Origin: an uncultured Thermoleophilia bacterium
GTDB lineage: Bacteria > Actinomycetota > Thermoleophilia > Gaiellales > Gaiellaceae
Assembly (NCBI GenBank): GCA_963844075.1
Contig: CAWJMP010000007.1
Coordinates: 48,756-112,755, forward strand
DNA length: 64,000 nt
Direction of reading: 5' to 3'
Each line of letters starts with the position of its first letter. The first letter of the stretch is position 1. A program made the position numbers and the translations under genes. The notes below the pieces were generated by a model. That model worked only from the letters and a program-made list of their open reading frames with translations, ran no database searches and was not told the DNA's origin. This document shows, piece by piece, positions 42,014 to 51,323 of the stretch.

Positions 42014-42477
42014 CACGCGGTCCTGCCCGGGAAACGCCATCTCCTCCGGCAGCTCGGCGGGCGTGAACCAGCGCAGCTCGTCGACGTCGTCTGCAGGCAT
42101 GGGCTCACCATCGCCACGGACGAGCCAGGTGACGGAGAAGACGTAGCGCTCGCCGTACGGCTCGATCGTCGATCCGCGAGCAGCTGCACCGGCTCGATCT
42201 CGAGGCCCGTCTCCTCGCGAAACTCACGGCGTAGCCCTTCTTCGGCGCCCTCAGTCTCGTGCAGGAAGCCGCCTGGAAGATCCCAGCGGCCTCGCCTCGG
42301 CTCGCGCCCACGACGGGCGAGCAGGACGCGGCCGTCGCGTTCGAGGATCCCCTGCACGCCGGGAATCGAGTTGGCCCAGTACTCGCGCCCGCAGTCCCGG
42401 CAGGCGAGATGGTCGTCGCAAGGAGCGAGGTCGCCCCCGCAAAACGCACAGAAACGCCAGTTGTCGAGCGCACCCAC
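41978..42477 (-). CDS. NUDIX hydrolase with N-terminal zinc ribbon; deletion-type frame interruption near 42173-42177
   Basis: CAFCGGDLAPCDDHLACRDCGRE plus the Nudix box GGFLHETEGAEEGLRREFREETGLE are in ORF 42010..42477. The C-terminus GSTIEPYGERYVFSVTWLVRGDGEPMPADDVDELRWFTPAELPEEMAFPGQDRVLAEWAARQQEP is in another frame and ends at TAG 41978-41980. Confidence 0.8.
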
Positions 42478-42487
42478 GCCCTACATC

Positions 42488-43182
42488 ATGGAGAATCCAC
42501 GGGTGAAGAAGATCGTTCTCCTGCACTCGGCCCTGGGTGACTCGCGCCTGTGGCGCCCCCAGGTCGCCGCGCTCGCCCCGCACTTCGACGTGGTCACACC
42601 CGATCTACCCGGCTGGGGCCGGACGCCGCTTCCCACCGAGCCGTTCTCGTTCGTCGAGACCGTCGCAGCGGAACTGCCTGCCGTCCTCGTCGGGAACTCC
42701 TTCGGCGGGACGATCGCCCTGCGAACCGCGCTCGCGCACCAGGATCGGGTCGAGAAGCTCGTGCTGATCGGCGCGGGGCTGCCCGCCTGGGACTGGACCG
42801 AGGAGATGACCGGCTACTTCGCCGCCGAGGAGCAGGCCGTCGAGGCGGGCGACCTCGATGCGGCGACCGAGATCAATCTCGCGTTCTGGGTCGCGCCCGG
42901 CCACCACGACGAGGTGCGGCCACAGCAGCGTCGCGCTCTCGAGCTCCAGACAGCCCACGAGGAGCCCGAGCTCCACTGGCCCGACCTGGCACCGCTCTCG
43001 ACCCTGCACATCCCGACGCTCGTCGTGATCGGCGAGAACGACAAGGCCGACTTCCTCGCGATCGCCCAGCACCTCGCGGAGGAGATCCCCGATGCAGACC
43101 TGGCGGTCGTCCCCGGGGCCGGCCACCTGGTGGGGGTCGAGCAGCCCGAGGAGCTGAACGCGCCTGCTCCTGGAGTTCCTAG
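42488..43182 (+). CDS. Alpha/beta hydrolase; frame interrupted near 43159-43163; 3' end uncertain
   Basis: ATG 42488 gives MENPRVKKIVLLHSALGDSRLWRPQV. The nucleophile elbow is GNSFGG and the His motif is PGAGHLVGVEQPEEL. The expected tail RLLLEF is in the next frame. Confidence 0.78.
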
Positions 43183-45184
43183 ACGGAGGATGCCCGTGTG
43201 CCCGAGTGAGTACCGGCCGGGCTGGGGCCAGACGCACAGGCCGTGGGGCCCGGCACCGACGGGGATGCGCGCGAGCAGCTTCCCGTCCCGCGTCGAGATC
43301 GCGTAGACGACGCCGCTGTAGCGCCCGGAGAGCCAGAGCACCTTGCCGTCTGCGGAGACGCCGCCCATGTCGGGGCTGCCGCCGCCGGGGATCCGCCAGG
43401 TGCGCACGACCTTGCGGGTCGCGAAGCTGACGACCGAGATCGAGCCCTCGCCGCGGTTCGACACGTAGAGAAAACGGGCGTCGCGGCTCGGATAGAGGCC
43501 GTGTGCGCCGCGGCCCGTGTGGACGAACGAGATGACGCGAAAGCTCTTCGCGCCCACGATCCAAACCCCATTCGACACCATGTCTGCGACGTAGAACACT
43601 CGGCCGTCGGGTGAGAGCTTCACGTCCTGCGGCATACCGAGCCCGCCTCCCGCTCCGAACACCTTGACGACGCGCTGCCCCGCGACGTCGAGCTCGAGCA
43701 GCTGACCCGAGAACTCACAGCTCACGAGCGCCTTCGTCCCGTCTGCGGTGAAGTCCATGTGATCGACACCGCGGCACGGCGTGGCCACCGACTTGACGAG
43801 AGCGAAGGTGTGGGCGTCGCGAAAATCGAGCCGGGCGTTGCGTTCGGCCACGACGATCGCGTAGCGCCCGTCGGGAGTGAAGTACATGTTGTACGGGTCG
43901 TCTACGGGCAACGTCTGCGTCGGCTTGCCGGTTCGAGGATCGAGCACGGTGAGCGTGTTGCCCACGTCGTTGGTGACGTACAGGTGCTTGAGGTCGTACG
44001 CAGGCACGACATGCTGCGGCAGCGCGCCGACGTCGAAGTGATCGACGACCTTGTAGGTCTGCGGGTCGATCACGTCGACCGTGTTCGATTGCGAGTTCGG
44101 GACGTAGACGCGGGGCAGCGCGGTGCGCGCCGCACCGGTGAGATTTCCCGCACGGTCGGCGGCGTAGACGTTGCTCGCGTCGACGAGCTTGGGGACTGCG
44201 GCAGTCGCCCTGCGCTCCGGCACGACCTCCGAGATCGTCGAGAGCGTGCCGGTGCCGCCTCGCCCGCCCGCGAGCAGGATCTTCCCGGGCAGGCCGACGG
44301 CGGCAAGGTCGGAGCGGGCCGAAGCGAGCATGCCGGCCGCGACCACGGTGCGCGCGATGGGGTCGACTGCCTCGATCGCGGCAGTCGGAGTGCCTACGGT
44401 GGCACCTCTGCCGCCGATCACGTAGACGCGGTTCCCGAGCGCCGCCGCCGCGGCGTGCGTCGTCGGGCTCGGCAGCCGGCCGATCCGCGTCACGCGCCCC
44501 GTCTTGGGGTCGAACGAGAGCACGGCGTCGCTGGCCGTCCCGGCCGGCGTCGAGCCGCCGGCGATCACGATGCGGCCGGCAGCCGCCGCGACCGCGGCGT
44601 AGCGCAACGCGCCTGGCAGATGACCGACCACCCGTGCCGGGCCGCCTGGGCGCCAGCGCACGATCGTGTCGAGCCACTTCGTCCCCGTGTAGCCGCCCAC
44701 GACGTACTCGGCTCCGCCGAGCACGGCACCCGCCTGGTCCGAGCTCGGAGCCGGAAGCTGAGCCGACCGTGGCCGGCGCGCCGGGAGCGACGCGGATGAT
44801 GCCGTCGAGCTGACGCACGCCGTCACCGCCCCCGAAGAGATAGACGGCACCGCCGAGAGTCGCGGCCGTCGCGTCGTGGAGCGCGACCGGCAACGGCGAG
44901 ACCGTGCCGCGGGCGCGGACGAGCACGACGGCCGCCGTCGACGTGTCGGCCGCCGTGAGCCCGCCGGCGAGAATCGCCCCGCCCCGCCACGGGGCAGAGG
45001 TCGCGTCCTGGACGGGCGCGGCCAGGTGCCCGAGCGCATGCTCGGCGACGGTCACGGGGATCACGCGCAGAACCGGGTCCTTCGCCGCAGGCGTCGTGGT
45101 GTGCGTGACCGCCTGCTTGGCATGCCCGCCGCACCCGGCGGCGATGACGGCGACCGCCAGCAGCACGAACCTACGCGTGGACAT
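43179..45184 (-). CDS. Lipoprotein with N-terminal Kelch-like repeats and C-terminal YVTN-type beta-propeller; frame interrupted near 44760-44764; stop region ambiguous
   Basis: MSTRRFVLLAVAVIAAGCGG (lipobox) is in ORF 43715..45235. The remainder is in ORF 42814..45039 (repeated GG..G motifs, then VYVPNSQSNTVDVIDP, LYVTNDVGNTLTVLD, FLYVSNRGEGSISVV). The expected end ...WPQPGRYSLGHTGILR needs a 1-nt shift to reach TAG 43179-43181. Confidence 0.8.
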
Positions 45185-46154
45185 CGAGCGTCCCGGCCGT
45201 GAACTGCTGGCCCTGTTCGGCTTCCCAGGCTGCATGCACGACTCTCTTCGTCCCGTCCGGGGCCCTGCACAAACCTGTGAACCCGAGGTTGTCGACGTGC
45301 GTGACCCGGCCGTGGCAGCGAACGCCGCTCGGCAGGAACTCGAGCTCGAACGACGTCGCGAGCAGGCCGCGCGGCTCGACGAGCAGATCCGCGCGCATCA
45401 GCACCCGCTGGTCGCCCCGCCCCTCCGCCGTCACCGAGACGAGCTCGCGCGTCGGCCCCGCGTTGCGCGAGATGATGCCGGCGAGCGAATCATGAAACGT
45501 GCGCGCGTTCCAGGGGCGCGGGTGAAACGGAAATACAACCAGGGCGAGCGCGACCACGAGAGCCGCCGCCGCAACACCGGCGCCGAGCGCGTTGCGCGGC
45601 GCCAGGCGGACGCGCTGCGCCGTCAGCGTCACGACGGTGCCCGCACTCACCGCGGTGATCGCCAGTAACCAGATGCTGCTGCGGTCGGTCCCGCTCGCAA
45701 GCCCGTGCACCGTCGCCGCCGTCCACACGGCGAAGTTCGCATAGTGGAACGCCCGCCAGCGGGCATACGGCATCCGGTCGCGCAGGCGGTTCGTGACCGC
45801 GAGCGCGAGCAGGAGCTCCGCGGCGACGATCCCGAGCGCCACCCACACCGGTCTGTACGACGAGACGAAGGGGACGACAACCGCGGAGAGTGAGAACCGC
45901 AGGTAGGAGTCGATCGCGATCGTGACGACGTGAATCACGATGAACGTGCCGACCAGGATGCCGCCGAACCGATGCACCTCCTCGAGCGCGAAGCGCGGCC
46001 AGCGCTCGAGCCGCCGTCGCGACGACATCGTCAGGCCGAGCGACACGACCGTCGTGAGAAGGACGTAGGCGACGACCCCCGCGGCACGGGCCGCGTACCA
46101 GTCGACCGGGCTGGAGGTCAGATGCAGGGGACCGTCTCCAGTGCGGCCGCCCAC
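45171..46154 (-). CDS. Ferric-reductase-like transmembrane (di-heme b type) protein with a C-terminal extracytoplasmic domain of unknown function
   Basis: ORF 45171..46379. WYAARAAGVVAYVLLTTVVSLGL...HRFGGILVGTFIVIHV...HYANFAVWTAATVHG carries paired His in TM helices. The start is either GTG 46154 or CTG 46121 (CTGA overlap with the apbE stop). Confidence 0.75.
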   Translation of the reverse strand: MGGRTGDGPLHLTSSPVDWYAARAAGVVAYVLLTTVVSLGLTMSSRRRLERWPRFALEEVHRFGGILVGTFIVIHVVTIAIDSYLRFSLSAVVVPFVSSYRPVWVALGIVAAELLLALAVTNRLRDRMPYARWRAFHYANFAVWTAATVHGLASGTDRSSIWLLAITAVSAGTVVTLTAQRVRLAPRNALGAGVAAAALVVALALVVFPFHPRPWNARTFHDSLAGIISRNAGPTRELVSVTAEGRGDQRVLMRADLLVEPRGLLATSFELEFLPSGVRCHGRVTHVDNLGFTGLCRAPDGTKRVVHAAWEAEQGQQFTAGTLDVHA

Positions 46155-46956
46155 GCAGAGGTGGTGACGGTCCCGTCGGCGCCGGCGAACCGGCCGGGGA
46201 GGCCCCGCGCCTCGAGCCACGCCGGCCCCGCCTCGCCGAGCAGGAAGGCAGCTTTGGCCGCGACGTCGGCGGCCACACAGCTCGCGCCGCACACCGTCAC
46301 CTCCGACCAGGGCGAGACCGCGGGGCGGCCGGTTCTCGGGTCGATCAGGTGATGCTGGAGCTCGCCCGCCCGCAGCCACCGGCGCCGCGTCGTGCCACTC
46401 GTCGCGAGCCCGCCTTGGACGCGCACAGCATCACCGCCGCTGAGACCGACGTCGACCGCGCCGCGCGTCGCAAGGTCGCCGCCGGCCGAGACGAAGCCGC
46501 CGTCGTCATCGAGGAGAACGGCCGCCCGGTCGACGGCGAGTGACTTGACGACACCGTTCAGATCGAGCTGCACCCCGGCTCCCAGCCGAAGGAGCGGGCC
46601 GGCCCTCCACAGCTCGGCCCAGGGCGCGCGCCCGGCGCCGGCGGCTCGCTCCGGTCGAGACCGGCCGCGAAGTCGCGGTCGTACCCTGCGCCGACCACCG
46701 CCGCGCCGACCCGGGGATCGACGAGACCGCCCGTCTCGCGGGAGGCCCAGAGGGCGATGTCGAGCACCTCGCGATAGAGCGGCGACATCGCGCCGCCGCC
46801 CGCGGCGTTCAGCCGCACGAGCTCCGACCCGGCCTTGAAGCGGCTGAACGTCTCGTCGTAGAGGTCGAACAGGGCACGCACCTTCGCAACCGTTCTCGGG
46901 CGTGCTCCGGCCACGACGACGTCGCAGCCCATCGACCGAAAGGCGGCGCGACTCAC
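46118..46956 (-). CDS. apbE: FAD:protein FMN transferase (ApbE family); frame interrupted near 46620-46640
   Basis: The N-terminal part is in ORF 46558..46956 (FRSMGCDVVV...SRFKAGSELVRLN...GLVDPRVG). The C-terminal part is in ORF 46118..46573 (VQLDLNGVVKSLAVDRA...GGDLA...HHLIDPRTGRP). Confidence 0.85.
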
Positions 46957-47204
46957 GACGGCGCCGACCCGATCCCGGGCGGCGCCTCCGCAGGCGCCAG
47001 GATCCCCGCCTCGAGCTGGTTTCGCCGCACCACGTCGACGAACGAAGCGGGCGGCGCGAGGGTCGTCACTCCGTGCTTGTGATGGCCCGGGAACTGCACG
47101 CGGGCGAGCGCCATCGTGGCCCCGAAGGCGACGATCGCTCCTCCCGCCAGAAGACCGCGCGCCAGGCGGACGCGGCGCCGGACTCCTGCGAGCCGAGACG
47201 TCAT
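46953..47204 (-). CDS. Small membrane-anchored hypothetical protein, first gene of the apbE operon
   Basis: The last 83 aa of ORF 46953..47927 (MTSRLAGVRRRVRLARGLLAGGAIVAFGATMALARV...). Its TGA overlaps the apbE GTG (GTGA at 46953-46956). Confidence 0.5.
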   Translation of the reverse strand: MTSRLAGVRRRVRLARGLLAGGAIVAFGATMALARVQFPGHHKHGVTTLAPPASFVDVVRRNQLEAGILAPAEAPPGIGSAPS

Positions 47205-47247
47205 CGCCCCGAGCTTAGGCGCATCGGGGTAAAGCAGGGATGAAGAC

Positions 47248-48064
47248 TCAGCGAACCTCCGCGAGCACCGCATCGGAAGCCGCGGCCATGCCTCCACCGC
47301 CCAGTCGCCGAACGCAAGGTCGGTGAGACAGCCGAGTGCGATCCCGGCCACGGGGTCGACCCAGACGAACGTCCCGCTGCGCCCGAAGTGGCCGAACGTC
47401 TGCGGGGCATTCCGCGACGCCGGTCCAGTGCGGCGATTTCCCGTCACGTACCTCGAGCCCGAGCCCCCAGTCGTTCGGCTGCTGGCGGCCGAAGCCGGGC
47501 AGCACTCCGTCGAGCCCGGGGAACTGCACCGCCGTCGCCTCCGCGAGCGTCTCCGGCGCGACCCGCGTCGGCGTTTGCAGCTCGCGCATGAGCGCCAGGA
47601 GATCGCCGAGCGTCCCCTCGGCGCCGGCTCCGGCCGAGCCGTGCAGCGTGGCCGTCGTTCCCTGCCAGACGTGTGCGAAGTACTCCGAGAACGGCATTTC
47701 GGCGCGTCGCTCCACGAGCTCGGCCGCCACCTCGAACCCGTAGTTCGAGTAGATCCGGCGGAGCGCCCGGGCGCGAGATCGGCGGGCCTGGGTCGAACGG
47801 CAGTCCCGAGGCGTGCGCGAGCAGGTGCCGGAAGGTCGCGTCCCGGCGGCCCTGCCGGCTCGTCGAGGTCGACCAGCCCTTCCTCCGCCGCGACGAGCAT
47901 GGCAACGGCGGTCGCGAGCTTCGTCACCGAGGCCCACGCGAAGCGGCGCTCCGTCTCGCCGCTGCGTCGCCTCGATCAGGCCGGTCACACCGACGGCAAC
48001 GTGCTCACACGGCCAACCGTCGACCTGGCGCAGGGCATCCACGAACGGCGAGACTAGCGGGCAT
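47248..48064 (-). pseudogene. Beta-lactamase-related serine hydrolase, reading frame broken about seven times
   Basis: The motifs sit in rotating frames: MP / LVSPFVDALRQVDGW... / ASVTKLATAVAMLVAAEEGLVDLDEP (SxxK) / ATFRHLLAHASGLPFDPGP / IYSNYGFEVAAEL (YxN)...HWTG / FGHFGRSGTFVWVDP (HxG)...EAWP / AASDAVLAEVR. These lie in ORFs 47248..48165, 46953..47927 and 47444..47905. Confidence 0.7.
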
Positions 48065-48449
48065 GGAACGCCAGTTGATCTCGTCAGGAGCGTCGTTCGA
48101 GGACCGGGTCGGGTACTCGCGGGCGGTGCGGGTGGGGGACCGTGTCTGGGTCTCGGGCACTGCACCGATCATGCCGGGCGACGCCGACCCGCCCGCCGGC
48201 GCGTACGACCAGGCTCGGATCTGCCTCGGGATCATCGAGCAGGCGCTGAGAGAGGCGGGTGCGACGCTGGACGATGTCGTGCGCACCCGCATCTACGTCA
48301 CCGATGCGGCCCACATCGATGCGGTCGGCCGCGCGCACGGTGAGGCCTTCGCACGAGCCCGCCCCGCCACGACCGGGATCGTCACCGCCCTCCTCGATCC
48401 ACGCTGGCTCGTTGAGATCGAGGCCGAAGCGGTGATACTGGCGGCATGA
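48063..48449 (+). CDS. ridA: RidA/YjgF family reactive-intermediate deaminase
   Basis: ATG 48063 gives MERQLISSGASFEDRVGYSRAVRVGDRVWVSGT...RIYVTD...LVEIEAEA. Confidence 0.88.
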   Translation: MERQLISSGASFEDRVGYSRAVRVGDRVWVSGTAPIMPGDADPPAGAYDQARICLGIIEQALREAGATLDDVVRTRIYVTDAAHIDAVGRAHGEAFARARPATTGIVTALLDPRWLVEIEAEAVILAA

Positions 48450-49669
48450 AGCAGATCTTCCCACCGTCGATCACGGGCAAGGGCGGCGAAGGAACAGGGT
48501 CAGACCAGCCGAGCGTGCTCGACCACGCGTTCGGAACGAGCGACCCGTACACGCTGGGAGTCGAGGAGGAGTTCATGCTGCTCGATCCCGAGACGTGGGA
48601 CCTCGTGCAGCACGTCGACTCGGTGCTGGCAGCCGTCGAGCACGGCGAGCATCACAACCGCATCCACGCCGAGCTGATGCAGTCGGTGCTCGAAGTGACC
48701 ACACCCGTGTGCAAGACGGCAGGCGACGTCCTGCATTCGCTCACTCGTCTCCGCGGCTACGTCGCCGAGATCGCGCGTACCGAGGGGTGCCGGTTCGGCT
48801 CGGCGGGAACGCATCCGTTCAGCCTCTTCGAGCGCCAGCGCATCACGGCACGCGACCGCTACCGGCAGCTCGTCGACCAGCTGCAGTACGTCGCCCGGCG
48901 CGAGTTGATCTTCGGGATGCACATGCACGTGGCGGTCGACGACCCTGAGAAGGCGATCCAGGTGATGAACGGGCTCCTCGTGCACCTGCCGCAGATGCTC
49001 GCGCTGTCGGCGTCGTCGCCGTTCTGGCGCGGCGAGCCGACCGGCCTGGCGTCGAGCCGGCAGATGGTGTTCGCCGCGTTTCCGCGCTCCGGGCCGCCGC
49101 CGCGCTTCAAGGACTACGCGGACTACGCCGAGGTCGTCGGCCAGCTCGAGCGCACGGGCTGCATCGCGGACTACACCCACATCTGGTGGGACATCCGGCC
49201 GCATCCACGGCTCGGCACGATCGAGATGCGCGTGTGCGACGCCGTCACGCGCGTCGAGGACGCAGTCGCGATCACGGCGTTCTTCCAGGCGATCGTCAAG
49301 ATGTACTGCGAGCTCTACGAGAACGGCAAGCAGATCCCGAGCTGGCATCGCCTGCTGACCACGGAGAACAAATGGCTCGCGGCACGGTACGGGCTCGAGG
49401 CGCCGATCATGGACCTGGCCACGGGCCGTCGCAACCGCGTGCCGGTCGCGCAGCTCGTCCGCAGGACGCTTCGCGACATCGAGCCCCACGCTCGCGAGCT
49501 CGGCTCCGAGCGCGAGCTCGAAGGCGTGCGCGAGATCCTTTCCCGCGGCAACGGCTCCGACCGCCAGCTCCGCGTCTGGAACGCGAACCGCGACATCGTC
49601 GAGGTCGTGCGCGAGATCTCGGCTGCGACCGAGGAGTCGGCCGCTCCTAGCGCACCGGCAGTGAACTGA
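48446..49669 (+). CDS. Carboxylate-amine ligase, glutamate-cysteine ligase family 2 (YbdK-like)
   Basis: Intact 407 aa. It has LGVEEEFMLLDPETWDL, ELMQSVLEVTT, FGMHMHVAV and WWDIRPHPRLGTIEMRVCD. It has an ATGA overlap with ridA. Confidence 0.9.
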   Translation: MKQIFPPSITGKGGEGTGSDQPSVLDHAFGTSDPYTLGVEEEFMLLDPETWDLVQHVDSVLAAVEHGEHHNRIHAELMQSVLEVTTPVCKTAGDVLHSLTRLRGYVAEIARTEGCRFGSAGTHPFSLFERQRITARDRYRQLVDQLQYVARRELIFGMHMHVAVDDPEKAIQVMNGLLVHLPQMLALSASSPFWRGEPTGLASSRQMVFAAFPRSGPPPRFKDYADYAEVVGQLERTGCIADYTHIWWDIRPHPRLGTIEMRVCDAVTRVEDAVAITAFFQAIVKMYCELYENGKQIPSWHRLLTTENKWLAARYGLEAPIMDLATGRRNRVPVAQLVRRTLRDIEPHARELGSERELEGVREILSRGNGSDRQLRVWNANRDIVEVVREISAATEESAAPSAPAVN

Positions 49670-50743
49670 CGCGGCTGCGCAGTCCGACCGCCCAGAGGTG
49701 ACGCTGGTCGGGCGACCACGCAAGGCCGAGCGCGACGTGAGTGAGCCTGCGCACGGAGAGCCTCGGCTCGAGAGCGATCACCCAGACGTGTGCGCCGTCG
49801 GTCAGCGCGAAGTGCGCACCGTCAGGCGACAGAACGGCAGTTCCGGCCGCGTTCTGGGTCCAGCGTCCGGCCTGAGAAGCTCCAGGTCCGCCGGATGCGG
49901 TGCGCGCGCACGTCGAGCGCGACGACCCGGCCGTACCCGGGCGCGAGCGCCCACAAGGTGCGCCCGTCCGGATCCGGCGCGAGCGCCCAGGTGGTCGCCG
50001 CGCTGAAGTCGCCGTTGCCGGGGAGGTCGATGCAGTGGGCGGTTCCGGCGACGAGATCCAGCTCGTGAACCATCGCGCCGCCGCCCGCACCGAGGTAGAG
50101 CGTGAAGAGGTACCTGCCGTCAGGTGAAGAGGCACGCGCGAACGGCAGGCCGGAGATCGTCGCCGACTCGCCCGGGTCCCGCAGCGCCCGCGTCACGAGC
50201 TTGTTGGTCGCCAGGTCGAAGAGTCGCACCTGGTAGCCCTCGCCGAGCGTCCTGATCAGGAACAGCTTCTTGCCGCGGAGGGCGTCGAACGACCAACGGT
50301 TGCCTCCGAGCTTCACGATCCTGCTCGCTCGGTGCGAAACGATCGCGAACGTGGTCGATCGGGTCTGCGTGCGTGCGAGCACGGCCTGCACGACCATCCT
50401 GCGACGTCCCGACGAGCGAGAACGCCCCGTGGAGCGCAAGCACTGCGTACGCGACGCGCTTCCCGTCGGCGGCGTCGAACCAGGTGACGAGAGCACCGTC
50501 CTGGTGCACGAGCCGGTCGCCGGCGACAACTCCGGCGGGCAGGTACCAGCGCGTTGCGCCGGTCTCGAGGTCGATCACGCGGAGCGGCTTGCCGATGCTC
50601 CCGCGAAAGCCGAGCAGCGCACCGTGCCCGAGCGTGAACTGGCTCGGCGCGCAGTTGAGCGGCGAGCACGCCGCCGCCGCGGCCGAGCCCGGCAGGCCGA
50701 GGACGGCGACAGCGAGCGCGAGGACGAGCAGGTACCGCATCAC
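49647..50743 (-). CDS. Secreted beta-propeller-like hypothetical protein; two frame interruptions (50394-50395, 49874-49877)
   Basis: Signal peptide MMRYLLVLALAVAVLGLPGSAAAA is in ORF 50120..50743. It continues in ORF 49822..50529 (SPDGRYLFTLYLG...) and then in ORF 49647..50135 (AVLSPDGAHFALTDG...). Confidence 0.65.
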
Positions 50744-50789
50744 GGCCAGAGTACGCCGGAGGGACCGCTGAAGGTCCGGAGCCCGTATT

Positions 50790-50815
50790 GGACCTCGTGA
50801 GCGCTTCTGGTCGTA
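50790..50815 (+). promoter_or_regulatory. Candidate ECF-type promoter GGACC-N17-CGTA immediately upstream of the ECF sigma gene
   Basis: GGACC at 50790-50794 and CGTA at 50812-50815, spaced 17 nt apart. The GTG start is only about 10 nt further on, which implies a near-leaderless transcript. Confidence 0.3.
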
Positions 50816-50825
50816 GAGTCGTGGG

Positions 50826-51323
50826 GTGTCCGAGCGCGCCTGGATCAGGGGTGCGAAGCGCGGATCGATCGCCGATCTCGAGCGGCTCTTCCGCGAGCAC
50901 TGGCCGCGCGCTCACAGGGCGGCATTCCTCGTCACCGGCGATGCTGCGGCGGCCGAGGACATCGCCCAGGAGGCGTTCCTGGCCGCCGTGCGCAACCTCG
51001 ACCGCTTCGACCGGCGCCGGCCGTTCGCGCCCTGGCTGCATCGCATCGTCGTCAACCGCGCGATCGACTGGACGCGCGCACGCAAGCTTCGGGCCGAGAT
51101 CGAGCTCGGGGACTCGCTCTCCGCTCCCCCACTCCCGGAGCGCGACAACACGACCCTCGGGCGGATCGCCGAGCTCGCACCCGAGCATCGCGCCGTGGTC
51201 GTCCTGCGCTACGTCCTCGAGTACACGCCCGGTGAGATCGCCGAGCTGCTCGACCTGCCGCGCGGCACCGTCAACTCACGACTGCGCCGCGGGCTCGACC
51301 GGCTGAAGGAGCTGCAAGCGTGA
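50826..51323 (+). CDS. ECF (group IV) RNA polymerase sigma-70 factor
   Basis: Intact 165 aa. Region 2 is EDIAQEAFLAAVRNLDRFDRRRPFAPWLHRIVVNRAIDW and region 4 is VVVLRYVLEYTPGEIAELLDLPRGTVNSRLRRGL. Confidence 0.9.
   Translation: MSERAWIRGAKRGSIADLERLFREHWPRAHRAAFLVTGDAAAAEDIAQEAFLAAVRNLDRFDRRRPFAPWLHRIVVNRAIDWTRARKLRAEIELGDSLSAPPLPERDNTTLGRIAELAPEHRAVVVLRYVLEYTPGEIAELLDLPRGTVNSRLRRGLDRLKELQA

Noticed and set aside
43179-47204. A canonical ApbE flavinylation motif or FMN_bind domain in the apbE operon proteins.
   Set aside because: I scanned the four translated products for D-x-x-(S/T)-G-A-(S/T). Only weak partial matches were found (GGRGATVG, AFGATM), so no specific flavinylation target is claimed.
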